Numbered from the stretch's first letter, positions 29,869-39,985 are shown. The stretch: 64,000 bases of DNA from Candidatus Latescibacterota bacterium (GCA_963422735.1 OY730476.1:3712001-3776000), one strand, 5' to 3'. Notes: generated from the sequence alone by a model not told the origin. A program made the numbers and translations.

Positions 29869-31229
29869 CGATGGCTCGACGCCGAGTCCTTCCGCTTCTA
29901 GCCCCCCTGATTTTGGCACTGTCGGCGAGTTCCTTAGGCGCGGCCACATCACTTGTCGTCGACCACGTCAACATCCCCCAAGTCGACTACGAACCCGCGA
30001 TCTACTACGACGACGGCGATCCACTTCCCCATCTGGATTTCGGGCGCATCAATTGGAAGCGCATAGTAGACAAGCTGCACAGACGCGTGGTGCTAGAATC
30101 CGACTATGTGCGCGTGGAGGTGCTGCCGGAGATGGGACGGGTGTACTCTCTCATCGACAAGCGAACCGGTCACGACGTGCTGTGGAAGAACGACATTGTG
30201 CGCCCCGGAGGTGCGAACAACCCCACTGGCTTTTGGCTTTGGATCGGCGGGATCGAATATACGCTTCCGGGCTACGAACACGGCACGACCTTCGCGATAC
30301 CCTGGACGTGGAAGATCCTTGAGGACAGCCCAGACCGGGTATCCATGTCGATGGCAACGACTGAGCCGCTGACGGGTCTGACCCAGAGAGTCAGACTGAC
30401 GGTCCATCGAGGCTCAGCGGCCCTGGAGGCCCAGATCCACCTTCACAATCCAGGAGCTGACACCGTTCAGTTCGCCCACTGGGTCAATCCCATGTGGGCC
30501 CCTGGAGGTGAGAATGAGCTGACCGACAACACGGAGTTCATCATTCCCACAGCGAGCATCCTGATCGCCGACCGCTGGCAGAAAAACTTAGGACCGAGTC
30601 CACAGGCATGGAGCGAGAGCCCGTTGCGCTACATCCGGGGATGGAAGGCTGGGGATATCATGGCCGACGGATTGACGGCCGGCTATTACAGTGCCTACTC
30701 CCACGACGCTGGAGAGGGCGTAGTCCGAGTCTTCGATCCCGTCCTCAACCCAGGAGTCGACGTATGGACCTACGGCTTCCATCCGACGGAGATTCCCATG
30801 GGATCTGGCCAGCCCAACAAGGGCTACGTCGAGATGTGGGGTGGCACGTCGGTGCTTTTTCCCGATGAGACACAGCCACTCCCACCCGGAGGCTCGCTCG
30901 CGTGGACGGAGTGGATGTACAGCTACTGGGGAACGAAGGGGATGAGTGCGGCATCGCAGATCGGCGCGATTCGCGGCAGCCTAGACGATGGGTCGCTGGA
31001 CATCGCCCTTTCGCCCGCTCTCGAGATGCCCAACGCCGTCATCGAAGTGTCGGTGGATGGTGAAGTGGCCGTTCGAGACACCGCCTCACTGACCCCGGCC
31101 AAGGTCCTGCACCGATCCTACTCAATTAAGACTGAGGAATCGCCGACCGATCTCTCCGTCGGGGTGCGACAGGGTGCCCTTCAACTCCTGTGGTTTCCAA
31201 TTACAGGAGAGAATAGGCGTCTCAAATAG
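29865..31229 (+). CDS. Secreted DUF5107-like protein
   Basis: VVLESDYVRVEVLPEMGRVYSLIDK, GGIEY..P..EH, VWTYG, YVEMWGG. Confidence 0.7.
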   Translation: MTMARRRVLPLLAPLILALSASSLGAATSLVVDHVNIPQVDYEPAIYYDDGDPLPHLDFGRINWKRIVDKLHRRVVLESDYVRVEVLPEMGRVYSLIDKRTGHDVLWKNDIVRPGGANNPTGFWLWIGGIEYTLPGYEHGTTFAIPWTWKILEDSPDRVSMSMATTEPLTGLTQRVRLTVHRGSAALEAQIHLHNPGADTVQFAHWVNPMWAPGGENELTDNTEFIIPTASILIADRWQKNLGPSPQAWSESPLRYIRGWKAGDIMADGLTAGYYSAYSHDAGEGVVRVFDPVLNPGVDVWTYGFHPTEIPMGSGQPNKGYVEMWGGTSVLFPDETQPLPPGGSLAWTEWMYSYWGTKGMSAASQIGAIRGSLDDGSLDIALSPALEMPNAVIEVSVDGEVAVRDTASLTPAKVLHRSYSIKTEESPTDLSVGVRQGALQLLWFPITGENRRLK

Positions 31230-31301
31230 CTATTTATAAGCAGCCTTTCCGGTCTCTTTCGAATCGTGCCCTGCGCCCCGCTGACTCACCGCCAAAAAAG
31301 C

Positions 31302-31360
31302 TTGAAATGTTTTCTCCAGCGGCATAAATTACTCCCACGCCAACCTGTCATACAGGTTGG
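31302..31360 (+). promoter_or_regulatory. Sigma70 promoter plus palindromic operator of the ABC/sulfatase operon
   Basis: TTGAAA-17nt-TAAATT-11nt-AACCTGTCATACAGGTT (palindrome extends to CCAACC...GGTTGG). Confidence 0.8.
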
Positions 31361-31456
31361 CCCATAAGCGGCGCGGATGTCCCCCTTCCGCGCAAACCTT
31401 CTTCCTTTAATTGTAACCTACAAGAGAATGAAGCTCGCCGTGGGGACCGCGATCGG

Positions 31457-32956
31457 ATGCGCTGGCTCTTCATGACAGTCACCGTGGGACTGATAATCGC
31501 CTCCGCAGGCATTATCGCCACCGAGCCTGGAGCGCAGAGCGAAGTGCCGATCATCTACTTCGGCACCGGTACCAATCCGTTTCGCATCAAGGATGTGGAG
31601 ATCTTCCACCAGTGGCTCATCGATAACGGCTACACGACAGAAGAGGGCAAGCCAATCCTCGAGATGCGACTCGATGTCGTACAGTCGGGAGATAAGAGCG
31701 TCATCCAAGGAGTGTCTGGGGTAGCGTCAGACATCCTGCAAGTGACGGTGCCTTGGTACCAGCAGCTCGGCCTGATCGAGGACGTCACCGACGCGGCGGA
31801 CAGCCTCGGCTTTGACGTGAGCAAGACCTGGCCAGCCCTCGAACCGCTACTGACTGTCGACGGCCGCCAGTATGGTTTCCCCGCCAACGTCACCGCCACA
31901 AGCTTTTGGGTAAACTTGGAGATCTTCGCGGCACTGGGCATGGAGCCACCGCCTAGGCGCTGGGACATATCGACCTTTGAAGCGGTGGGCCGCGAGTTTG
32001 TCGAGCGCGCCAACGAGGCTGGGAAGCCACGGGAGGCCTACTTTGTCGACGATTTCAAGAACGAGTACCTCCTGCGAACATTGCACCGCACCTTCGGCAC
32101 CTCGGTTTTCAACGAGACGATGACGCGCTCGACGCTCGGAGAGGAGGGGTTCGTGCGCGCCATGGAACTCCTCTACAAGTGGACCTATGAGGACCACCTG
32201 TTCCCCAGCGCTTCAGAGAAGGAATCGTTCGCGACTGCTGGGGGGTTCATCGGCGGCTCGATGTCTCTGCTGAACGACGGCACCTTTGGCATGGTGTCCA
32301 TCGGTCGCTGGTGTTTGGTGCGTTTGCGCGAGTTCGACAACTCGCCTCGCGTTGGAGTCAGCTTCTTTCCCTACGCAGAGTTTCCCAACTGCGTCATTGA
32401 CACGCGGGTGGTCGCGGTTTACTCCGGTAGCAAGCACAAGCGCGAGGCAACGCTGTTCCTCGCCTTCATGGCGGCGAAAGAGTACAACGAACACATCGTG
32501 CGCATCGCCGACGCCTTGCCGCCGTTACCGGAGCACACGCGCACGGAACTCTATCGGCACCCGGTGGGGCACGAGAACGAGTGGGGGGCGCACGAGGCAC
32601 CCGTGGAGGCGGCACAGACACTGGCCATCGCCCCGTCAATTAGTCGCTTCGTGCCCAAGGCGACAGTGGTGCGGATCAAGCGGCAGATGTTGGAGCGGGT
32701 TATGTCTGATCTGACGACGCCCGCAGAGGCGGCCCAAGAGGCTGAGGACCGTATCAACGACGAGATCGAACGCACCTTGCGCGAGAGCCCAACCCTGCGT
32801 CGACGCCACGCCGAGTTGATGCGTACTCAGCAGCAGATCGACGCCCGCCTAAGCAAGGGGCAGCGGGTCCCGCGAGAGTGGATCGCCAACACCTTCCACG
32901 AGCACTACTACGAGTTCAAGGGCTGGCTCAAAGAGAGCGAGATGACGTCCCGATGA
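31457..32956 (+). CDS. Carbohydrate ABC transporter substrate-binding protein (family 1)
   Basis: DGRQYGFP, WVNLEIF..LG..PP..W; N-terminal signal. Confidence 0.85.
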   Translation: MRWLFMTVTVGLIIASAGIIATEPGAQSEVPIIYFGTGTNPFRIKDVEIFHQWLIDNGYTTEEGKPILEMRLDVVQSGDKSVIQGVSGVASDILQVTVPWYQQLGLIEDVTDAADSLGFDVSKTWPALEPLLTVDGRQYGFPANVTATSFWVNLEIFAALGMEPPPRRWDISTFEAVGREFVERANEAGKPREAYFVDDFKNEYLLRTLHRTFGTSVFNETMTRSTLGEEGFVRAMELLYKWTYEDHLFPSASEKESFATAGGFIGGSMSLLNDGTFGMVSIGRWCLVRLREFDNSPRVGVSFFPYAEFPNCVIDTRVVAVYSGSKHKREATLFLAFMAAKEYNEHIVRIADALPPLPEHTRTELYRHPVGHENEWGAHEAPVEAAQTLAIAPSISRFVPKATVVRIKRQMLERVMSDLTTPAEAAQEAEDRINDEIERTLRESPTLRRRHAELMRTQQQIDARLSKGQRVPREWIANTFHEHYYEFKGWLKESEMTSR

Positions 32957-34431
32957 CGAGTGGCGACAGGCGACGGCTAGCAGTGGGGCTCGCCTTTTTG
33001 GCCCCCAATATCCTCGGTTTCCTGACCTTCACCTTTCTGCCGCTGATATTCAGCTTGGTCTTCGCCTTTACCAACTGGGACCTGCGGCTCCACAACATGT
33101 TCAAGGATGAGCCGCTGCGCTTTGCTGGAATCGAAAACTTCCTGCGCCTGACGATGGAACGCGATTTCTGGCAGTACCTCGGCAACGCGCTGTTCCTGAT
33201 GATGGCGATCCCCTTCGGCATCGCCGGCAGTCTGGGCGCGGCACTGCTGCTGAATCGCAACATGGGCCGCGAAGATCGCCAAGTCTGGGTGCGTCTGCTA
33301 CTGCTGGCGATGCTGGTCGCCAGCAGCCTCGCGCTGGTGGCATTCGGTGCCGGTGCCTCGGCGATGACCGTGCTACTGTGCGGTCTGGCCGGAGGGATTC
33401 TCCTCGTTGGCACGATGGGCGGCTCCATCGTCTATCGCACGCTGTTTTACATGCCCCACTTCACGGCCGGCGTGGCCACGTTCATCCTCTGGAAGGAGCT
33501 CTACAACCCGCGCACGGGGCCGATCAATGCGGCACTGCGACCGCTGCTCGTCGATTTGGGCCACTGGGTGCGCAGCATACCGGCAGAGTTGGTTCAAAGC
33601 GGTATATGGCTCGGGGCGCTCGCCATGGTGGGGCTGGTGCTCGTCGGCGTGCGGCAGCTCGCGCGCGCTTGGCAGGACGGCGAGATGGGCTCTTGGGCAG
33701 CGGTCCCCTCAATTGTCGTGCTGCTGCTGCCGGCTGTGCTTGGGTTGCAGTGGTCGGAGTACGCGCCGGCGGCTCGCTTTGTGGCGTTCGCTGCAGTAGC
33801 TGTAATTGCCGTTGGCGTGGTGCAATGCCTGCGCCAAGGGTGTGGCTACCCATGCTCGCCCATCGAATCGTTCGCGACGTGGATGACCTTTTCCTGTGCA
33901 ATCATGGTGGGGCAGTTTGTGCTACTCGGACTGGGGAATGTGGTGTTCATGCTGCCGCAACTGGCATCCGACGGTTTGATGCCACCGGAATGGTTGGGGC
34001 GCTATCTGTGGGCGAAGCCGGCGATCATGATCATGGCACTGTGGGCGGCTGTGGGTTCAAACAACATGCTGCTCTATCTGGCGGGGTTGAGCAATGTGCC
34101 GTTGGAGCTCTACGAAGCGGCAGAGGTTGACGGTGCATCTGGCTTCCAACGGTTCTGGCATGTCACCTGGCCGCAGCTAGCACCGGTGACTTTCTTCATT
34201 GTCGTCATGAGCACGATTGCCGGCTTGCAGGGCGGCTTTGAGATGGCGCGAACCATGACGCAAGGCGGCCCGGCTGGCTCGACGACCACGCTGAGCTATT
34301 ACGTCTATACCGAAGGGTTCACCACGGGTCGGCTTGGCTACGCCGCGGCGATTAGCTGGGCACTGTTCGGTCTCGTCTTTACCGTTACGCTGCTCAACTG
34401 GCGTTTTGGTAGTCGCCGAGTCGAGTACTGA
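32953..34431 (+). CDS. CUT1 ABC permease (MalF-like) with large internal membrane insertions
   Basis: FLAPN, LYEAAEVDGA EAA motif, GYAAA. Confidence 0.9.
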   Translation: MTSGDRRRLAVGLAFLAPNILGFLTFTFLPLIFSLVFAFTNWDLRLHNMFKDEPLRFAGIENFLRLTMERDFWQYLGNALFLMMAIPFGIAGSLGAALLLNRNMGREDRQVWVRLLLLAMLVASSLALVAFGAGASAMTVLLCGLAGGILLVGTMGGSIVYRTLFYMPHFTAGVATFILWKELYNPRTGPINAALRPLLVDLGHWVRSIPAELVQSGIWLGALAMVGLVLVGVRQLARAWQDGEMGSWAAVPSIVVLLLPAVLGLQWSEYAPAARFVAFAAVAVIAVGVVQCLRQGCGYPCSPIESFATWMTFSCAIMVGQFVLLGLGNVVFMLPQLASDGLMPPEWLGRYLWAKPAIMIMALWAAVGSNNMLLYLAGLSNVPLELYEAAEVDGASGFQRFWHVTWPQLAPVTFFIVVMSTIAGLQGGFEMARTMTQGGPAGSTTTLSYYVYTEGFTTGRLGYAAAISWALFGLVFTVTLLNWRFGSRRVEY

Positions 34432-34435
34432 CGCG

Positions 34436-35308
34436 ATGGCAACTGCTGACAGCACCAATCGCTCGCTTTCGCGCCGCGAGGCCATCTGGAACCAAGTCGC
34501 CTCTACGGGGGTGGCACACCTCGCGCTGACTGCCTTGAGCCTGTCGCTGATCATGCCCTTCGTCTGGATGGTGCTGACGAGCCTCAAGAAGATCGAGGAG
34601 ATCGGTATCGAGACGTGGTTCCCGGCTGAGCTCATGTTCGAGAACTACGGCACGGTGTTCACGACCGAGGGCATCCAATTCGCGCGCTGGTACTGCAACA
34701 GCATCTTCGTCGCTTCGTGGGCAACATTTCTGCAGGTCTTCACCAGCGCCCTCGCCGCGTTCAGCTTCTCACGGCTGCGCTGGCCTGGGCGCGATCGCGT
34801 CTTCCTGCTCTATCTGGCGACGATGATGTTGCCGGCACTCGTCATGATGATTCCGAACTACCAGATCATGATCGAACTCGACCTCGTCGATACCTACGCC
34901 GGCTTGGTCTTCCCGGCCTCGTTCAGCGCCTTCGGCACTTTTCTACTGCGCCAGTTCATGCTCACCATTCCGCCCGCGCTCGACGAAGCGGCGGAGATCG
35001 ACGGTGCCAGCACTTGGCAGCTATTCTGGGATGTCATTCTGCCGCTCGCAAGGCCCGGCCTCATCGCGCTGACCATCTTTACCTTCATCGGCAACTACCA
35101 CAGCTTCTTCTGGCCCCTAGTGATGATGAAGAGCGTACATCGCTACACGCTACCGATCGGACTGCTCTACTTCGACTCCGGCTACGGCCAAGAGACCAAC
35201 CTCATCATGGCGGCGGTAACCATGTCTGTGGTGCCCATGCTGATCCTGTTTGTCATCCTGCAGCGCTACCTAGTGGCAGGTATCCAGCTAGGAAGCGTCA
35301 AAGGCTAG
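34436..35308 (+). CDS. CUT1 ABC permease (MalG-like)
   Basis: PFVWM, LDEAAEIDGA, FFWPL, GSVKG. Confidence 0.9.
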   Translation: MATADSTNRSLSRREAIWNQVASTGVAHLALTALSLSLIMPFVWMVLTSLKKIEEIGIETWFPAELMFENYGTVFTTEGIQFARWYCNSIFVASWATFLQVFTSALAAFSFSRLRWPGRDRVFLLYLATMMLPALVMMIPNYQIMIELDLVDTYAGLVFPASFSAFGTFLLRQFMLTIPPALDEAAEIDGASTWQLFWDVILPLARPGLIALTIFTFIGNYHSFFWPLVMMKSVHRYTLPIGLLYFDSGYGQETNLIMAAVTMSVVPMLILFVILQRYLVAGIQLGSVKG

Positions 35309-35341
35309 CGTGAAGTTCATCTACAGAAAGGAAATGCAATA

Positions 35342-35560
35342 ATGAGTTCCAGACCCAACATCGCATTCATCATGCCCGATCAACTGCGCCACGACTTCCT
35401 CTCGTGTTATGGTGCCGATTTTCTGAGTACCCCCCATATCGACCGCATCGCCGACGAAGGCATCCGCTGCGATAAGGCGTACAGCCTGCACCCGGTTTGC
35501 GTGCCGGCCCGCGCGGGGATCAGTGTGCTGCGCACGGGGGTCTTCAAGAACCCGATATGA
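35342..35560 (+). pseudogene. Truncated sulfatase N-terminus
   Basis: RPNIAFIMPDQLR...TPHIDRIA..CVPARA, then an unrelated 14-aa tail. Confidence 0.8.
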
Positions 35561-37077
35561 ACAAGCCGAACATACTGATCTTCATGACCGACCAGCAACG
35601 GGCGTGTTCCGTGCTACCTAACGACGCGTACAAGGCAAAGACACCCGTACTTGACGAGTTCCGCAAGGAGAGCGTCACCTTCAGTCGCGCCTTCTGCCCG
35701 GCGCCGCACTGCTGCCCGGCACGTGCGTCGTTCGCGACCGGCCTGATGCCGACCCAGCACGGCGTCTGGCACAACGTGAACGTCGCCAATGCCATCACCC
35801 GCGGCTTGAAGGACCACGTCCGCCCCTGGAGTGTGGACATGCAGGAAGCGGGGTACCGCATGCTCTTTTCGGGTAAGTGGCACGTCAGCAACTATCAACA
35901 GCCGCACGACTATGGTTGGGAGCACGTCGCGCCGGGAAGCGCACACCACGGCAGACGATTGAGCCGCGACGAGCAGGACGCTGCGGCCCGTGAACGCGAA
36001 CTGCGCAATTTGCAACGACATGCTGGGGGCGACGGTGGCAGCGAGCGGGTGCCCGGCGAGATCAGGCGCGCGGGGATGCGCCCGTATATCCACTATGGCG
36101 ACAACAGCCATCCCTTCTTGGCGCAGTATTTCCGCGACGGAGAAGAGGACAACCCCTTCGGCGACCGTACAGTGGTCGAGGCCGCGCTGGCGAAAATGGA
36201 TGCGTTGGACGAGAATGAGCCGTGGTGCCTGTATGTTGGGACTCTTGGTCCACACGATCCGTATATCGCACCTAGGCGGTTTCTCGATCTGTATGAAGGC
36301 GTGGAATTCCCACTGCCGGACACCTTCGACGATCCGCTGGATGACAAACCGGCCCTCTACCGCCGCACCCGCGACCGCTTTACTCAGTTGACGCGCGAGG
36401 AACATCAGGACGCGATTAAGCACTACTTGGCGTTCTGCACCTATGAGGACTGGCTCTTCGGGCGGCTGATCGACAAGCTCAAAGAGCGCGGGGAGTATGA
36501 GGACGCGATCGTTTTCTACCTCTCCGACCACGGCGACTACTTGGGCGACCACGGCCTGTGGTGTAAGGGTCTGCCGTCGTTTTTGAGTTGCTATCATGTG
36601 CCGGCGATCCTGAAGATGCCGGGCGGGCAACAAGGCGTGGTGCGCGACGAGTTCGTGTCTCTCTGTGACTTCGCGCCGACGTTGCTCGAGATGGGCTCAG
36701 CTAAGAGCTCGGTAGAGTTCGCCGGTGCAAGCCTGGTGCCGTTGCTCAAGGGCGAAACACCGGCCGACTGGCGCGATGCGCTGTTCTTCCAGACGAATGG
36801 CAACGAGACCTATGGCATCCAACGTTCCGTCGTCACTGACAAGTGGCGATTTGCATACAATGGATTTGACTACGACGAGCTGTACGACCTAGAAAGCGAT
36901 CCCGGACAGATGAAGAACCTTGTCCCTGATCCAGAATACCAGCCTGTCGTCGAGGAGATGTATCGTCGAATCTGGATGTTCGGCCTTGCACACGAGGAGC
37001 ACTTGCTCAACGAGTATATCACGACCGCGATGGCGGATTACGGGCCGGGTATTGTGGCCGGAAAATCTGCTAGCTGA
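35557..37077 (+). CDS. Formylglycine-dependent (S1) sulfatase
   Basis: KPNILIFMTDQ, CCPARAS (CxPxR), GKWH, SDHGD, ELYDL; ATGA overlap. Confidence 0.92.
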   Translation: MNKPNILIFMTDQQRACSVLPNDAYKAKTPVLDEFRKESVTFSRAFCPAPHCCPARASFATGLMPTQHGVWHNVNVANAITRGLKDHVRPWSVDMQEAGYRMLFSGKWHVSNYQQPHDYGWEHVAPGSAHHGRRLSRDEQDAAARERELRNLQRHAGGDGGSERVPGEIRRAGMRPYIHYGDNSHPFLAQYFRDGEEDNPFGDRTVVEAALAKMDALDENEPWCLYVGTLGPHDPYIAPRRFLDLYEGVEFPLPDTFDDPLDDKPALYRRTRDRFTQLTREEHQDAIKHYLAFCTYEDWLFGRLIDKLKERGEYEDAIVFYLSDHGDYLGDHGLWCKGLPSFLSCYHVPAILKMPGGQQGVVRDEFVSLCDFAPTLLEMGSAKSSVEFAGASLVPLLKGETPADWRDALFFQTNGNETYGIQRSVVTDKWRFAYNGFDYDELYDLESDPGQMKNLVPDPEYQPVVEEMYRRIWMFGLAHEEHLLNEYITTAMADYGPGIVAGKSAS

Positions 37078-37101
37078 GCGGGTTCACAGAGCGAGGAGTA
37101 G

Positions 37102-39042
37102 ATGGCCCAAGCCCCTGTAAAGGCCGTTCACGGCGTATCCGGACGAGCGGTGCTCCTAGGGCTGCTCGGCAGCTTCATCATCGCCGCTGGCGAACCCTTC
37201 GGCGTGCTGGTACTGCGCGGCTCACCCATGGGTGCCGACTTCTCGACCGGTGCGGCGATCTTTCTCTTCCTACCGCTTACTTTACTGCTCAATCCGCTGA
37301 TCCGCCTGCTCGGCCGGCCGGCCCTGCGGCGCGGCGAGTTGGTCACCATCTACATCATGATGATCGTCGCTGCGGCCATCCCCTCCTGGGGATTCACCCT
37401 CAACCTGATTCCCTTACTGGGCGGCTTCTTCTACTACGCCACGCCCGAAAACGAATGGGCTCAGCTAATCCAGCCACATATCCCGCCGTGGCTGGTGCCC
37501 GATGGCCGAGACGCGGTGTGGAAGCTCTTCGAGGGCGGCACCCGCAGCGAGTCGGTCTCTTGGGGTGCTTGGGGACCGCCGCTGCTGATCTGGAGTCTCT
37601 TCGCGGTCACCATCTATTTCATCACGCTCTGCCTGCTGGTCATCCTGCGCAAACAGTGGGTCGAGCGCGATAAGCTACTCTTTCCCATGGCTGTGCTCCC
37701 CCTAGAGATGAGTACCGAGGAGCCGGACAGGAGGCTGCCGCCCTTCTTCTGCAACTACCTGATGTGGATTGGCTTCCTGATTCCCTTCCTGATCAACGGT
37801 CTGGAAGCACTGCACAAATATTACAACTTCATCCCACCGATCAGCCTAGACGCTTCCATCCCGATCCTGCACAACGCGATCCACCTGCGCTGCTCGCCCC
37901 GCTTCGAGGTCATCGGTCTATCCTATCTGCTGAGCCTAGATGTGGGGTTCGGGGTCTGGTTTTTCGCCTTCCTCGCCCTACTGCAGACCGGACTGGAGCG
38001 CACACTCGGCTGGAGCATTGGTCCGGTGCAGCCCTTCTCCGACCCGGCCTCACCTAGCGTCGCCCATCTGGCTCAAGGTGCTTTGTTCTTCCTAGTGTTT
38101 GCCGGCTTCTGGCACGGCCGACGTCACTTGCGGGATGTGCTGCACAAAGCCTTCGGCGGCGCCCCAGATGTCGATGACCGCGGCGAATTACTCTCCTACC
38201 GGACGGCTGTCCTAGGCACTCTGCTAGGCAGCCTGCTGGCATTAGGCTGGCTGTTGGCTGCGGGGCTAAACCTACTCACGGCAACGGTCTTTCTCGCCAC
38301 GTCCATGGTGATTTTCATCGGGCTGACGCGAATCATCGCCCAGACGGGCCTAGCCTCATACCGGGCCACGGTAGCGGCCCCTGTCTTCACGGTCAATGCG
38401 CTGGGCAGCTCCCTAGTGGGAGCGCCAGGCTTGACCATTCTAGGGCTGAATTTCGCTTGGTCGGCGGACGTGCGCACCTTTGTGATGGCCTCGGCGGCAA
38501 CCGGCGTGAAGCTGGCCCAAGAGACGGCCCTGGAGGGACGGCGACTGTTCTGGGCCGTGGTTGGAGCCATCCTCGTCACCCTAGTCGGCTCTGCCTGGGC
38601 CATCGTCGAACTGTCCTATCAGTACGGAGGTATCAACCTAGTCGGCTGGCAGTTCAGCGGCCTGCCCACATTCACCGGCAACTGGATCGCCCACAGCCTC
38701 AACAACCCCCAACCGACCCAGTCCTGGCACATGGCCTTCACGGTCCTAGGCGCGGGCCTGATGGGCATCATGTCTTATGTCAAGAATCGCTTCGCCGGCT
38801 TCCCAATTCACCCCATCGGGATGACCTTGGGCATGACAGCACCGATGTACCATCTCTGGTTTTCGGTCTTCATCGCCTGGCTGCTGAAGGTAGCCATCCT
38901 CAAGTACGGCGGCGCACGGGTCTATACCCAGCTACGCCCCTTCTTCCTCGGCATGGTCCTAGGCGGCTTCGGCTCGGCCGGGTTCTGGCTTATCGTCGAC
39001 TACTTCACCGGCATGACCGGCAACAGCTTCACGGTCTCCTGA
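37102..39042 (+). CDS. DUF6785/DUF6784-like polytopic membrane protein (putative transporter)
   Basis: YYATPENEW, QWVERDKLLFP, FPIHPIG, LKYGG, PFFLG. Confidence 0.7.
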   Translation: MAQAPVKAVHGVSGRAVLLGLLGSFIIAAGEPFGVLVLRGSPMGADFSTGAAIFLFLPLTLLLNPLIRLLGRPALRRGELVTIYIMMIVAAAIPSWGFTLNLIPLLGGFFYYATPENEWAQLIQPHIPPWLVPDGRDAVWKLFEGGTRSESVSWGAWGPPLLIWSLFAVTIYFITLCLLVILRKQWVERDKLLFPMAVLPLEMSTEEPDRRLPPFFCNYLMWIGFLIPFLINGLEALHKYYNFIPPISLDASIPILHNAIHLRCSPRFEVIGLSYLLSLDVGFGVWFFAFLALLQTGLERTLGWSIGPVQPFSDPASPSVAHLAQGALFFLVFAGFWHGRRHLRDVLHKAFGGAPDVDDRGELLSYRTAVLGTLLGSLLALGWLLAAGLNLLTATVFLATSMVIFIGLTRIIAQTGLASYRATVAAPVFTVNALGSSLVGAPGLTILGLNFAWSADVRTFVMASAATGVKLAQETALEGRRLFWAVVGAILVTLVGSAWAIVELSYQYGGINLVGWQFSGLPTFTGNWIAHSLNNPQPTQSWHMAFTVLGAGLMGIMSYVKNRFAGFPIHPIGMTLGMTAPMYHLWFSVFIAWLLKVAILKYGGARVYTQLRPFFLGMVLGGFGSAGFWLIVDYFTGMTGNSFTVS

Positions 39043-39141
39043 TCGTCGTCCGCTGCGGCGCGTTAAAGTAATCGACATATTCTAAGAGGCCGATCTGGTA
39101 TATATGCTGTCACTCAACCCTTTAATCCTGCGGAGACACTC

Positions 39142-39969
39142 ATGTACAATCTCAACGGCAAAGTCGCCCTCGTCACCGGCGCGGGCGGCGAACATGGCAT
39201 TGGCCGCGCCATCTGCCAGCGCCTAGTGCGCGAAGGCTGCGACCTCGTGGTCAACGACTTGTGCGCCCAGCCCTATAGCGCGTCTGGCTGGGGCGGTCTG
39301 CCCGCCCTCGTCGCCGAAGTCGAAGCTGCCGGGCGGCAGGCCCTCGCAGTCGAGGCCGATGTGTCCGACGCCGCCCAAGTCGAGGGCATGGTGCAAGACG
39401 CACTCGCCCGCTTTGGCCGCATCGACCTGCTGGTCAACAACGCCGGCTCGCGCCCCGGGCCAGACCGCGTCCCGGTCGTCGATCTGAGCGAAGCCACTTG
39501 GGACCAAGTGCAAAGCGTCAACGTCAAGGGCACTTTCCTCTGCTCGCGCGCCGTGGCCCGGCACCTGATCGACCGCGGCGACGGCGGCAAGATTATCAAC
39601 ATGTCCTCTACGGCCGGTCGCCAAGGGATACCGCGCTACGCCGCGTATTGCGCGTCCAAATTCGCCATCATCGGCTTTACCCAATCCCTCGCTGGCGAGC
39701 TCGCCCCCCACCGGATCAACGTCAACGCCGTCTGCCCGGGCAACACTCTCACCGAGCGCACTCACTACATCGCCGCGGGCCTCGCCGAGCTCGCCGAGCC
39801 AGACGCCGACACCACGGCCGCCTTGGTCCAAGATCTTGAGGCACAAACCCCCTTGGGCCGCGTCGGTACGCCCGAGGACGTGGCCCGCACTGTGGCCTTT
39901 CTCGCTTCGGACGAAGCTGCTTATCTCACCGGCATATCGCTGTTGGTGGCCGGCGGCTTTCAGATGTGA
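39142..39969 (+). CDS. SDR-family oxidoreductase
   Basis: TGAGG..GIG, NNAG, YCASK. Confidence 0.92.
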   Translation: MYNLNGKVALVTGAGGEHGIGRAICQRLVREGCDLVVNDLCAQPYSASGWGGLPALVAEVEAAGRQALAVEADVSDAAQVEGMVQDALARFGRIDLLVNNAGSRPGPDRVPVVDLSEATWDQVQSVNVKGTFLCSRAVARHLIDRGDGGKIINMSSTAGRQGIPRYAAYCASKFAIIGFTQSLAGELAPHRINVNAVCPGNTLTERTHYIAAGLAELAEPDADTTAALVQDLEAQTPLGRVGTPEDVARTVAFLASDEAAYLTGISLLVAGGFQM

Positions 39970-39985
39970 GACCAGCCTAAACGAC

